A stretch of DNA of 32,191 nucleotides, from NCBI GenBank assembly GCA_027021705.1, contig JALUTT010000107.1, forward strand, positions 1 to 32,191, written 5' to 3'. The stretch comes from Anaerolineae bacterium (GTDB lineage: Bacteria; Chloroflexota; Anaerolineae; S140-20). The position numbers were made by a program, and so were the translations under genes. Positions 8,517 through 17,385 of the stretch are shown here, in pieces; position 1 is the stretch's first letter; each line of letters starts with the position of its first letter. The notes beneath the pieces are model-generated. The model was not told where the DNA came from, did not search any database, and was given only the letters and a program-made list of their open reading frames with translations.

Positions 8517-9751
8517 GGCCCTCTCTTCCTCTCGACCGGGAAGCCCTTCGATGGCGGCTGGAGCGATGGCACTCCCCCCTCTGGTGGCAAATGCCACTCA
8601 TCGGCTTCGCCATCGGTGCCCCCATCAGCATCAGCTCCGCCCTCTATTTGGCCGCCTATGGCAGCGCCGCAGGACCCTACGGAAGCTTCTGGTTCCTGAC
8701 GGGGCTGGGGGTGGCTGTCTCCGCGCCGGTCTTCGTTGTGGGTGGCTTTTTCGTCGCTGCTCCGCTGGAGATCTGGCTCACCCATCGTCCTCACCGCCCC
8801 CCTGTTCTCAAAGCGGGTCTGTTGCGAAGTGCTCTCTACGCCGCCTACGCGCTGGTGGGGGCCTTCATCGCCCACGTCGTTGTCAAGCACTTCCTGCCCG
8901 TTGCCCCCCCTCCAACGTTGCTGCCGGTGCTCCTGGTCACCTATACGGGCAGCGGCATCGTCATCGGCATTGGGTACACCTTCTACGACGAGTACACCCA
9001 CCAGCTTCAGCGCTCGACCCGGATGAGCGAGGAACTCCAGGTCGCCCGCGCCATCCAGCAAGGACTCTTTCCCAAGACCATTCCCGAGGTCGCGGGCTTC
9101 GAACTGGACGCTCGCTCGCTCCCGGCTCAGGAGACAGGGGGCGATTTCTACGACTTCGCCCAGTTGCAGGGGGGACAGTTGGGGATTGTGATCGGGGATG
9201 TGTCGGGGAAAGGGGTACCGGCAGCCCTGCTAATGGCCGATGTGCGGGGAATCTGGCGGGCCGAGGCTTGGACGAACCCGGATCCGGCGGAGGTGCTGGC
9301 CCACGTCAACTACTGGCTCTGTCGGGACATCCGCTCCCACGACTTCGTCACAATGGTCTATGCCGTCTTGGATCCTGCCCGGAAGACGCTGCGGATTGCC
9401 GGGGCTGGACATCCTCCTCCCTTGTTGCGCAGGGCCGGGGGCACGCTCCAGGAGGTCGAAGCTTACGGTCTCCCGCTGGGGATTCGTCCAGACGTCACCT
9501 ACGAGCAGGTTCAGGTCTCCCTTGCGCCCGGGGATACGTTGATCCTCTACACCGATGGAATTGTCGAGGCGCTGAAGCCGGGCACTCGCCAGTTTTTCGG
9601 CTTTCACCGCTTGGAGCAGTTGATCGTCCGGCAGGATCCACCGTCCCCTCAACAGCTCATCGAGGAGATCATCCAAGCCATCCATCACTTTAGTGGAGAT
9701 CGGGCCTGGAACGATGATGTGACCATCGTGGTGCTGCGACGGAAGCCGTAG
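8513..9751 (+). CDS. Membrane-bound PP2C phosphatase, RsbU/SpoIIE family
   Basis: About 4 hydrophobic N-terminal helices, then ELQVARAIQ, GGDFYD, GDVSGKGVPAALLM, AGHPPP, YTDGIVE, DDVT. Confidence 0.92.
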   Translation: MRPSLPLDREALRWRLERWHSPLWWQMPLIGFAIGAPISISSALYLAAYGSAAGPYGSFWFLTGLGVAVSAPVFVVGGFFVAAPLEIWLTHRPHRPPVLKAGLLRSALYAAYALVGAFIAHVVVKHFLPVAPPPTLLPVLLVTYTGSGIVIGIGYTFYDEYTHQLQRSTRMSEELQVARAIQQGLFPKTIPEVAGFELDARSLPAQETGGDFYDFAQLQGGQLGIVIGDVSGKGVPAALLMADVRGIWRAEAWTNPDPAEVLAHVNYWLCRDIRSHDFVTMVYAVLDPARKTLRIAGAGHPPPLLRRAGGTLQEVEAYGLPLGIRPDVTYEQVQVSLAPGDTLILYTDGIVEALKPGTRQFFGFHRLEQLIVRQDPPSPQQLIEEIIQAIHHFSGDRAWNDDVTIVVLRRKP

Positions 9752-9778
9752 GTGGTCGGGGGGGCGCTTGGTTACTTG

Positions 9779-9975
9779 GTCCTCAGTCCACGGTCCACAG
9801 TCCTCAGTCCTTGGTCGGCGGTCGTATCCGATCCTCGGTCCGCTGCTAGGCCGCTAGGCCGCTAGGTCGCCAGGCCGCTAGGCCACTTGATCGGCAGTCG
9901 GCGGTCGGATGCAGTCCTCAGTCCTTGGCCCTTGCCCCCTGCCCCTGCCCCTTGCCCCTCAGCCCTCAGTCCTCA
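9779..9975. repeat. Short tandem repeat tract (7-mers GTCCTCA/GTCGGCG/CCCCTTG-like; 8-mer GCTAGGCC x5)
   Basis: gtcctca gtccacg gtccaca gtcctca gtccttg gtcggcg from 9779; GCTAGGCC-like x5 at 9845-9884; second heptamer run about 9914-9975. Confidence 0.85.
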
Positions 9976-12821
9976 GGGCCTTGGCTATTGGCCCGGGCCA
10001 GCCAGCGGGCCGCCGCGCCGGGCAGGCTGGCCAGCGGCCCCCGCCGGATGGTTGGCTCTGGCAGGGAGTCGAGGAAAGCTTGACCGTAGGATTTGGTCAG
10101 CAGCCGTCGGTCGAAGATGGCTACCACCCCTCGGTCCGTCCGGGTGCGGATGAGCCGACCGAAACCCTGCAGGAAGCGCAGGATCGTCTCCGGGACCGCG
10201 TACTCGAAGAAGGGCTGTTCAAAGGTCTCACTCCGGGCTGCGAAGATGGGATCGTCGGGCACCGAGAAGGGCAGTCGAATGATGGCCAGGCAACTGAGCG
10301 CCTCGCCAGGGATGTCTACCCCCTCCCAGAAGCTGCGGGTGCCCAGGAGGACGGCCCGTTCGGCGCCCTTGAACTGCTCCAGCAATTGGCGTCGAGAGGC
10401 TCCCCCACCCTGCTCGTAGACAACGATGTCGGCTTCCGCCAGCGGCTCTGCGATGGCTCGGGCTGTGGCCCGGAGTTGGTTGTATGACGTGAACAGGGCC
10501 AGTCCTCGCCCCTCCGTCGCCTTGAAGAGTTCGACCAGCCCCCGCTCCACCGCTGTCTGATACCCCGACTGGTTGGGTTCCGGGATGTCGTCCACCAGGT
10601 AGACCAGCGTCGAGCGGGCGTAGTCGAAGGGGGAACCTACTGCCAGCTCCTCCGCCTCCCAAGCGTGCAGGCGGTCTCGGATGAAGTCGAAGCTCCCTGC
10701 CACCCGCAGCGTGGCCGAGGTCATCACCACCGCTTCCTTTTCCTCCAGTAGATGCTGACGCACCAGTGGTCCGACGTGCAGAGGTGCCGCGTGGGCGGAG
10801 AGAGGCTGGTTGCCCGGCCCCGCCGACAGCCAGTAGATGGCGTTCTCCGAGGGTTCACTGACCAGCGCTCGAAGTTGGGCCTCGATGGTCGTCAGCCGTC
10901 CACGCATCCCCGCCAGCCGGACCATCAGGTCCTCTCGGTCGGGGACGTTGTATCCCTCCAAGTTGTCCAAGCCCCTCACCAGCCGTTCAAGCCCCTCCGC
11001 CAACGCTCGCAGTTGGATCGCTGCGTTCTCCCAGGCGATCTCCACGCGGCTCCAGGAGGGTTGCCGACGCATCCCCGGCGTCAGCCGTAGTCGGCGGGCG
11101 TAGTTGCTGCGGTGGCGGTTGGGCCCGTGCTCTGCTAGAAAAGCCTCCAGTGAGTCGAAAAAGCTCTCCGTCCGCCCCAGCAGGTCGGCGACCATCTCCC
11201 CTAGCTCCTGCACCAGGGCCTCCACCTGGGCTCGGAGGGCCGAGGGGAGGCCGGCCCGGCAGCGGACCACCACATCTCCCAGCAATCCTGTTGTCCGGCG
11301 ATCGGATCGGCTCCCCCCCAGCTCCCGCAGCAGGCGGGTGACCGCCAGACGATCTACTTGGAAGCTGAGTTGATCGGTGGTCGCCCGCTCCAGGTGGTGG
11401 GCCTCGTCCACGATCAGGTAACGGTAGCGGGGCAGCGCCCGGTTCTCTACGGCGACATCGGCCAGGAGAAGGGCGTGGTTGACGATGATCAGGTGGGCAG
11501 CCTCTGCCTCCCATCGAGCCCGGTAGAAGAAGCAGGTGCCTTCTGCGTAGGCCTGGCACTGTTCGGGAACGCAGGCTTCGTTGTCCGCCGAGAGTCGTCG
11601 CCAGACTGCCCGTTCCGCCTGGTTGGGCAGGAAGAGTTCGTCGCCGTCGCCCGTGAGGGTGTGGGGCAGCCAGAGGAGCACCTTGGCCAGAACGCGAGCT
11701 TCCACCGGGTCCTTGGGGCCGACCTTGCGCAGCGCCTGGAGCTGCGCCGGGCAGAGGTAGTGGCTTCGTCCCTTCAGAACGGTGGCCCGGAACTTGAAAG
11801 GAAGGAGCTTCTGGAGGGTTGGCAGGTCTTTGTCGTAGAGCTGCTCTTGGAGGTTGATGGTGTTGGTGGAGATGACCACCCGCTCGCCGTTTTGCACGGC
11901 CCAGTGGATGGCCGGGAGGAGGTAGGCGACCGATTTGCCGGTGCCTGTGCCTGCTTCCACCAGGAGGTGTTCCCCTTCGTTGAGGGCGTGGGCTACGGCC
12001 CGGAGCATGGCCACCTGCTGCGGACGGTACTCGTAGCCGGGGAAGGCACGAGCGAAGGGACCGTCTCGCTCTAGGAAGGCGGCCAGTTGGTCTACGTCCA
12101 GGTGGGTGCGCTCAGAGGCCGGTTCCAGCGGGCGGGGGGGACGAGATCTCGGGGTCAGGAGCGGCAAACCGGCCTCTGCCCCTCGGCGGGCAGCCAATTG
12201 GGCTCCGATGGTCCCGCTGAAGGCTTGGCGGGCAGCAGCCCGGACGGCATCCTGGAAGAAGCGGCGGGCCGACCATCCGGCCATCGCAGCGGCTTCGACG
12301 ATCTCCTCAAGGATCCGCACCGGCAGGCGGGAGGCTCGCTGGAAGAGGGCGATGAAGAGAGCGTGGGTGGCCCGGGCGTCGTCCAGAGCCCGGTGGGTGG
12401 CCGGCAGACTGACACCCAGCTCTCGGGCCAGGGCCCCCAGGCTGTAGCGGCCGGCGTGAGGGACCAGCACACCGGCCAGCTCGAAGGTGTCCAGGGCCTC
12501 CTGGTCCTCGAACAGCCCGTGGCGGCGCAGGAAGGCCAGGTCGAAGGCGATGTTGTGTCCCACCACGGGGAGGCGTCCCACGAAGCGCTGGAGGCGGGGC
12601 AGGACGGTCCAGAGGGAGGGGGCCTGTTCTGCCTCCTCTTGGGTGATCCCCGTGAGGTCCACCACTTTGCGTGGGATGTGCCGGCCTGGGTTGACCAGGC
12701 TGGTGAAGACCTCTAGGACTTTCTCCCCCTGGAATTTGACCGCCCCGACCTCTAGGATGGCATCCCGCTCAGGGTCCAGGCCCGTCGTCTCCAGGTCGAG
12801 GGCTACATACGTGCGTGGCAT
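9966..12821 (-). CDS. dinG: DEDDh 3'-5' exonuclease fused to a DinG/XPD-family helicase
   Basis: ALDLETTG, GHNIAFD, HRALDDA (exonuclease); YEYRPQQ, EAGTGTGKS, DEAHH, TSATL, FWEGVD, QGFGRLIR (helicase). Confidence 0.93.
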   Translation of the reverse strand: MPRTYVALDLETTGLDPERDAILEVGAVKFQGEKVLEVFTSLVNPGRHIPRKVVDLTGITQEEAEQAPSLWTVLPRLQRFVGRLPVVGHNIAFDLAFLRRHGLFEDQEALDTFELAGVLVPHAGRYSLGALARELGVSLPATHRALDDARATHALFIALFQRASRLPVRILEEIVEAAAMAGWSARRFFQDAVRAAARQAFSGTIGAQLAARRGAEAGLPLLTPRSRPPRPLEPASERTHLDVDQLAAFLERDGPFARAFPGYEYRPQQVAMLRAVAHALNEGEHLLVEAGTGTGKSVAYLLPAIHWAVQNGERVVISTNTINLQEQLYDKDLPTLQKLLPFKFRATVLKGRSHYLCPAQLQALRKVGPKDPVEARVLAKVLLWLPHTLTGDGDELFLPNQAERAVWRRLSADNEACVPEQCQAYAEGTCFFYRARWEAEAAHLIIVNHALLLADVAVENRALPRYRYLIVDEAHHLERATTDQLSFQVDRLAVTRLLRELGGSRSDRRTTGLLGDVVVRCRAGLPSALRAQVEALVQELGEMVADLLGRTESFFDSLEAFLAEHGPNRHRSNYARRLRLTPGMRRQPSWSRVEIAWENAAIQLRALAEGLERLVRGLDNLEGYNVPDREDLMVRLAGMRGRLTTIEAQLRALVSEPSENAIYWLSAGPGNQPLSAHAAPLHVGPLVRQHLLEEKEAVVMTSATLRVAGSFDFIRDRLHAWEAEELAVGSPFDYARSTLVYLVDDIPEPNQSGYQTAVERGLVELFKATEGRGLALFTSYNQLRATARAIAEPLAEADIVVYEQGGGASRRQLLEQFKGAERAVLLGTRSFWEGVDIPGEALSCLAIIRLPFSVPDDPIFAARSETFEQPFFEYAVPETILRFLQGFGRLIRTRTDRGVVAIFDRRLLTKSYGQAFLDSLPEPTIRRGPLASLPGAAARWLARANSQGPED

Positions 12822-12880
12822 CGAAAAAATCCTTACGCAGTGATCGGGTCAAGGAGAGCGTTCCAAAAGCGGTTAGCGAC

Positions 12881-12956
12881 ATTGTACTCCATATCGCCGG
12901 AACAGGCAATCCCTCGCAATCCCTCCGTTGTCGGGAGTTCCCGTATGGGGTACAAT
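12881..12956. promoter_or_regulatory. Back-to-back sigma70-type promoters with a tandem 10-bp repeat between them
   Basis: Minus: TTGCCT(12909-12904)-17-TACAAT(12886-12881). Plus: TTGTCG(12928-12933)-17-TACAAT(12951-12956). GCAATCCCTC x2 at 12906-12925. Confidence 0.55.
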
Positions 12957-12970
12957 TCTGGGGGACTGCT

Positions 12971-13222
12971 GTGGGCCGTATCCGTATTCTCTCGGCGATC
13001 TTTCAACGCGCACGCTGGAAGTACCGGGAGCGCACCTACCGTTATGTGCTGCTAGAGGCCGGCCACATCGGACAGAATTTCTACCTGGCGGCCACCTCGA
13101 TGGGACTGGGGGCTTGTGCTGTGGGGGCCTTCTTGGACGACGAACTCAATCACCTGTTGGGGTTGGATGGTTGGGAAGAGGCCGTCCTCTACCTTTTCGC
13201 GGTGGGCAGGATCGAAAGATAG
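12971..13222 (+). pseudogene. C-terminal fragment of a SagB/ThcOx-family nitroreductase-like protein
   Basis: WKYRERTYRYVLLEAGHIGQNFYLAATSMGLGACAVGAFLDDEL..LLGLDG; the N-terminal half (RRS.R, PSAG motifs) is absent; in-frame GTG at 12971. Confidence 0.75.
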
Positions 13223-13310
13223 CTGGTGTCTTCCCTCGCCACGTCCCCTGGGGAGGGGACATCGGAGGGAGGGCCGGGGGGATGATTGAAAAAAGTGTGG
13301 GAGCAACTCC

Positions 13311-13339
13311 TTGACAAAGGAAGTCTGACCCGATATAAT
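13311..13339 (+). promoter_or_regulatory. Consensus sigma70 promoter for the liv-type operon
   Basis: TTGACA-17 bp-TATAAT, perfect consensus, about 360 bp upstream of the start codon. Confidence 0.85.
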
Positions 13340-13698
13340 ACGTCAGCTATTTGTCCAGGCTGGTGACCATTCACCATAGCGATTTGCACAATCCCGATGG
13401 CAGCTATGAGACCAGCCGGAAAGTCATTCCTCCTCTCCACTGCTGACGCCACCCCTTCCTTCTGCCCTTCCTCTGGAGGGCAGGTTACTATCGTCCCCCA
13501 ACCGATTTGACCGTTGAAAGGAGGTGATAGGCTCTAGATAGGATCACCCTCTTGCCGTGAGCGCCTGTCCGAAAGATGGGCGGACCGACCGGTCTCTCTC
13601 CAGCTAGTTGGCCGCCTGAAGATCCGATGAGGTGATCTTCGATCTTTCGGATGGCCCTTGCAGATCACTTCCGTTGGACCACAAAGGAGGAGATGGAG

Positions 13699-16188
13699 AT
13701 GAGAAAGTTCACGTTTGGCCTGCTGACCTTGCTGACGGTCTTCTCATTGGTCCTGACGGCCTGTGGTGGTGGAGCCCAGCCCACGGCCACCAAGGCTCCC
13801 GAGGCCACCAAGGCACCTGAGCCGACCAAGGCACCCGAACCGACCAAGCCCCCTGTGGCGGAGTTCGAGTGCACGGATCCCTTAGGCTGTGTGGACATCG
13901 CGCCTGGGGATCCGATCCGGATCGCCTACATGCTGGTGGTTTCCGGTCCTAACGCCTCGCTGGGTGAGGACTCCCGGAACGGCATCGAGATCGCCATAGA
14001 CGATGTGGGTGGTGAGTTGCTGGGGCATCCCATCGAGCTGGTAGGCGAGGACTCGCTGTGCAGTCCGGAGGGTGGTCAGGCGGCGGCTCAGAAGATCGCG
14101 GCGGACGAGAGCATCATCGGGGTGATCGGCACCAACTGCTCCAGCGCGGCGAAGGTGGCGGCTCCCGTCATCAGCGACGCTGGGATGGTGATGATCTCGC
14201 CCTCCAACACGGCCCCCTACCTGACCGATCCGGAGACCCACTCGCCGGGCTATCTGCGCACGGCCCACAACGATCTCTTCCAGGGGGCTCTGGCGGCTGA
14301 GTTCGCCTACAACGAGTTGGGGGTGCGCAAGGCGGCGACCATCCACGACGGGAGTGTCTACGCCGAGCAGTTGGCGAACGTCTTCGCCAAGCGCTTCCAG
14401 GAGTTGGGTGGGGAGATCACCGCCCAGGAAGCGGTGAACGTGGGTGACACCGATATGCGCCCTGTGCTGACGCGGATTGCGGCTACCGGGCCGGAGTTGA
14501 TCTACTATCCCATCTTCGTGGCCGAGGGTGGGTTCATCACCCGGCAGGCCAAGGAGGTGAGCGGCCTGGAGGACGTGATCCTGATGGGTGCGGACGGGAT
14601 GTTCACGCCCGACTTTGTGGAGGCGGCTGGCGACGCGGCGGTGGGGATGTACTTGAGTGGACCCTACGTTGCTGGCGCGGCCTACGACGAGTTCCTGAAG
14701 AAGCACGAGGCCAAGTACGGTGGTCCTCCGCCCAGCGCCTTCCACGCCCACGCCTACGATGCGACGATGATGCTCTTTGAGGCGATCAAGAAGGTGGCGG
14801 TGCAGGAGGCGGATGGGACGCTGCACATTCCGCGCCAGGCGCTGCGGGATGCCCTCTACGCCACCAAGGACTACAAGGGGCTGACGGGGACGCTCTCCTG
14901 CACGGAGACGGGCGACTGCGCCACCGGCGAGGCGCTGGGTGTCTTCCAGATCACGGAGGAGGTCGTGGCTGGTGGTTGGCCGCCCCCCGTCGTCTACACC
15001 AAGGGCAAGCGCGTGGCGGCCCCGGTGACCGGTCCCTTCGAGTGCACCGATGCTATCGGCTGTGTGGACATCGCGCCTGGGGATCCGATCCGGATCGCCT
15101 ACATGCTGGTGGTTTCCGGTCCTAACGCCTCGCTGGGTGAGGACTCCCGGAACGGCATCGAGATCGCCATAGACGATGTGGGCGGTGAGTTGCTGGGGCA
15201 TCCCATCGAGCTGGTAGGCGAGGACTCGCTGTGCAGTCCGGAGGGTGGTCAGGCGGCGGCTCAGAAGATCGCGGCGGACGAGAGCATCATCGGGGTGATC
15301 GGCACCAACTGCTCCAGCGCGGCGAAGGTGGCGGCTCCCGTCATCAGCGACGCTGGGATGGTGATGATCTCGCCCTCCAACACGGCCCCCTACCTGACCG
15401 ATCCGGAGACCCACTCGCCGGGCTATCTGCGCACGGCCCACAACGATCTCTTCCAGGGGGCTCTGGCGGCTGAGTTCGCCTACAACGAGTTGGGGGTGCG
15501 CAAGGCGGCGACCATCCACGACGGGAGTGTCTACGCCGAGCAGTTGGCGAACGTCTTCGCCAAGCGCTTCCAGGAGTTGGGTGGGGAGATCACCGCCCAG
15601 GAAGCGGTGAACGTGGGTGACACCGATATGCGCCCTGTGCTGACGCGGATTGCGGCTACCGGGCCGGAGTTGATCTACTATCCCATCTTCGTGGCCGAGG
15701 GTGGGTTCATCACCCGGCAGGCCAAGGAGGTGAGCGGCCTGGAGGACGTGATCCTGATGGGTGCGGACGGGATGTTCACGCCCGACTTTGTGGAGGCGGC
15801 TGGCGACGCGGCGGTGGGGATGTACTTGAGTGGACCCTACGTTGCTGGCGCGGCCTACGACGAGTTCCTGAAGAAGCACGAGGCCAAGTACGGTGGTCCT
15901 CCGCCCAGCGCCTTCCACGCCCACGCCTACGATGCGACGATGATGCTCTTTGAGGCGATCAAGAAGGTGGCGGTGCAGGAGGCGGATGGGACGCTGCACA
16001 TTCCGCGCCAGGCGCTGCGGGATGCCCTCTACGCCACCAAGGACTACAAGGGGCTGACGGGGACGCTCTCCTGCACGGAGACGGGCGACTGCGCCACCGG
16101 CGAGGCGCTGGGTGTCTTCCAGATCACGGAGGAGGTCGTGGCTGGTGGTTGGCCGCCCCCCGTCGTCTACACCAAGGGCGGGAAGTAG
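13699..16188 (+). CDS. Branched-chain amino acid ABC transporter substrate-binding lipoprotein (LivK/LivJ family) with two tandem binding domains
   Basis: Lipobox LVLTAC, (A/P)TKAPE linker repeats, two copies of the Peripla_BP_6-like domain (GTNCSS, ISPSNT, AHAYDA, GLTG); ATG 13699 lies 8 nt after AAGGAGG. Confidence 0.9.
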   Translation: MRKFTFGLLTLLTVFSLVLTACGGGAQPTATKAPEATKAPEPTKAPEPTKPPVAEFECTDPLGCVDIAPGDPIRIAYMLVVSGPNASLGEDSRNGIEIAIDDVGGELLGHPIELVGEDSLCSPEGGQAAAQKIAADESIIGVIGTNCSSAAKVAAPVISDAGMVMISPSNTAPYLTDPETHSPGYLRTAHNDLFQGALAAEFAYNELGVRKAATIHDGSVYAEQLANVFAKRFQELGGEITAQEAVNVGDTDMRPVLTRIAATGPELIYYPIFVAEGGFITRQAKEVSGLEDVILMGADGMFTPDFVEAAGDAAVGMYLSGPYVAGAAYDEFLKKHEAKYGGPPPSAFHAHAYDATMMLFEAIKKVAVQEADGTLHIPRQALRDALYATKDYKGLTGTLSCTETGDCATGEALGVFQITEEVVAGGWPPPVVYTKGKRVAAPVTGPFECTDAIGCVDIAPGDPIRIAYMLVVSGPNASLGEDSRNGIEIAIDDVGGELLGHPIELVGEDSLCSPEGGQAAAQKIAADESIIGVIGTNCSSAAKVAAPVISDAGMVMISPSNTAPYLTDPETHSPGYLRTAHNDLFQGALAAEFAYNELGVRKAATIHDGSVYAEQLANVFAKRFQELGGEITAQEAVNVGDTDMRPVLTRIAATGPELIYYPIFVAEGGFITRQAKEVSGLEDVILMGADGMFTPDFVEAAGDAAVGMYLSGPYVAGAAYDEFLKKHEAKYGGPPPSAFHAHAYDATMMLFEAIKKVAVQEADGTLHIPRQALRDALYATKDYKGLTGTLSCTETGDCATGEALGVFQITEEVVAGGWPPPVVYTKGGK
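13864..16179 (+). repeat. Intragenic tandem duplication, period 1173 bp
   Basis: 13885-15006 matches 15058-16179; I found only one mismatch by eye (T14010/C15183, synonymous). Confidence 0.95.
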
Positions 16189-16224
16189 CCTCCCGGCAGT
16201 GCGCGGCCTTGGTCTGCTGACTTC

Positions 16225-16260
16225 AACCTTCCCGGGGGCTTCCAAGCCCCCGGGAAGGTT
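16225..16260. repeat. Perfect 17-bp inverted repeat (REP-like or mRNA-stabilising hairpin) after the binding-protein gene
   Basis: AACCTTCCCGGGGGCTT-cc-AAGCCCCCGGGAAGGTT, no T tract. Confidence 0.75.
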
Positions 16261-16309
16261 CACCTGTCCTGTGACGTGACCACCTCCTCGAACAGGGTAG
16301 GAGACTACT

Positions 16310-17371
16310 ATGCAGCAACGCCTGAGAATGGAATTAACGGGTACTCAGATTGCCCTCTGGCTTATTGGCGGAGGGCTCCTCGCTATGGTGCTCATCGGCT
16401 CTGTCCGCACCCTCGCGGTGGGGAAGTATACCAGCAAACAGTGGTTGGACTTCATCGTCTTCGGGTTGGCCCAAGGGGGGATCTACGCCCTCATCGCTCT
16501 GGGGTACACGATGGTCTACGGTATCCTAGGGATGATCAACTTCGCCCACGGCGAGATCTTTATGAGCGGGCCGATGATCGGGTATTTCTTCGCCATCCGC
16601 ATGGCACGTAGCGGGTTCGTAGACCGCCAGCCGATCCTCAGTCTGCTCATCGTTCTAGCAGTGGCTATGATCACCTCCACGACAATAGCCGTTCTGCTGG
16701 AACGGGTGGCCTATCGTCCCTTGCGGGGCGCGCCTCGCCTGGTCCCCCTCATCACTGCCATCGGGGCTTCCTTCTTCCTCCAATACCTCTTTCGCGGGCT
16801 CTTTGGCGCCGACGTCAAGGTCTATCCCGACTGGGATATTCTGAGCGGCAAGGTGCCCATCCTGGGGGTCCAGATCTTGAAGACCCAGTTGGTGGTGATC
16901 ATCGCGGCGGTGCTGCTGATGGCCGGGCTCTACACCTTCATCCAGCGCACGAAAATGGGAAAGGCGGTCCGGGCTGTAGCTGAAGACAGGGCGGCTGCCG
17001 CGCTGATGGGGATTGACGTGGATCGGACGATCGCAGTCTCCTTCGCCCTGGGCGGCCTGATGGCTGGTGCCGGAGGACTTCTCTACGCCCTGCTCTTCAA
17101 ACAGGTCTTTTTCCTGATGGGGTTCGTGCCCGGCATCAAAGCCTTCACTGCCGCTGTATTGGGTGGGATCGGCAACGTGCCCGGCGCGATGCTGGGCGGG
17201 ATGTTCCTGGGCATCTTCGAGTCCATTGGTCCCAACCTCTTCCTTGACGGTCTGGGCATCCCCGCCCCCTACCAGCTGAAGGATGTGATCGCCTTCACGA
17301 TGCTGGTGATGGTGCTTATCTTCCGACCGACGGGGATCCTGGGTGAGCGGCTGGCCACCAAGCGAGCCTGA
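16310..17371 (+). CDS. livH: Branched-chain amino acid ABC permease LivH
   Basis: YALIALGYTMVYGILGMINFAHGE, LERVAYRPLR, KAFTAAVLGGIG. Confidence 0.92.
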   Translation: MQQRLRMELTGTQIALWLIGGGLLAMVLIGSVRTLAVGKYTSKQWLDFIVFGLAQGGIYALIALGYTMVYGILGMINFAHGEIFMSGPMIGYFFAIRMARSGFVDRQPILSLLIVLAVAMITSTTIAVLLERVAYRPLRGAPRLVPLITAIGASFFLQYLFRGLFGADVKVYPDWDILSGKVPILGVQILKTQLVVIIAAVLLMAGLYTFIQRTKMGKAVRAVAEDRAAAALMGIDVDRTIAVSFALGGLMAGAGGLLYALLFKQVFFLMGFVPGIKAFTAAVLGGIGNVPGAMLGGMFLGIFESIGPNLFLDGLGIPAPYQLKDVIAFTMLVMVLIFRPTGILGERLATKRA

Positions 17372-17385
17372 AACGGAGCGATGCG

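Noticed and set aside
9779..9975. CRISPR array
   Set aside because: Units are 7-8 bp and contiguous, with no spacers and no cas genes; DinG here has no type IV cas neighbours
12815..12970. N-terminal part of the 135-aa ORF
   Set aside because: Overlaps the dinG start and both promoters and shows no nitroreductase similarity
13864..16179. Long repeat as a mobile element or CRISPR array
   Set aside because: In-frame coding duplication with no spacers or terminal repeats
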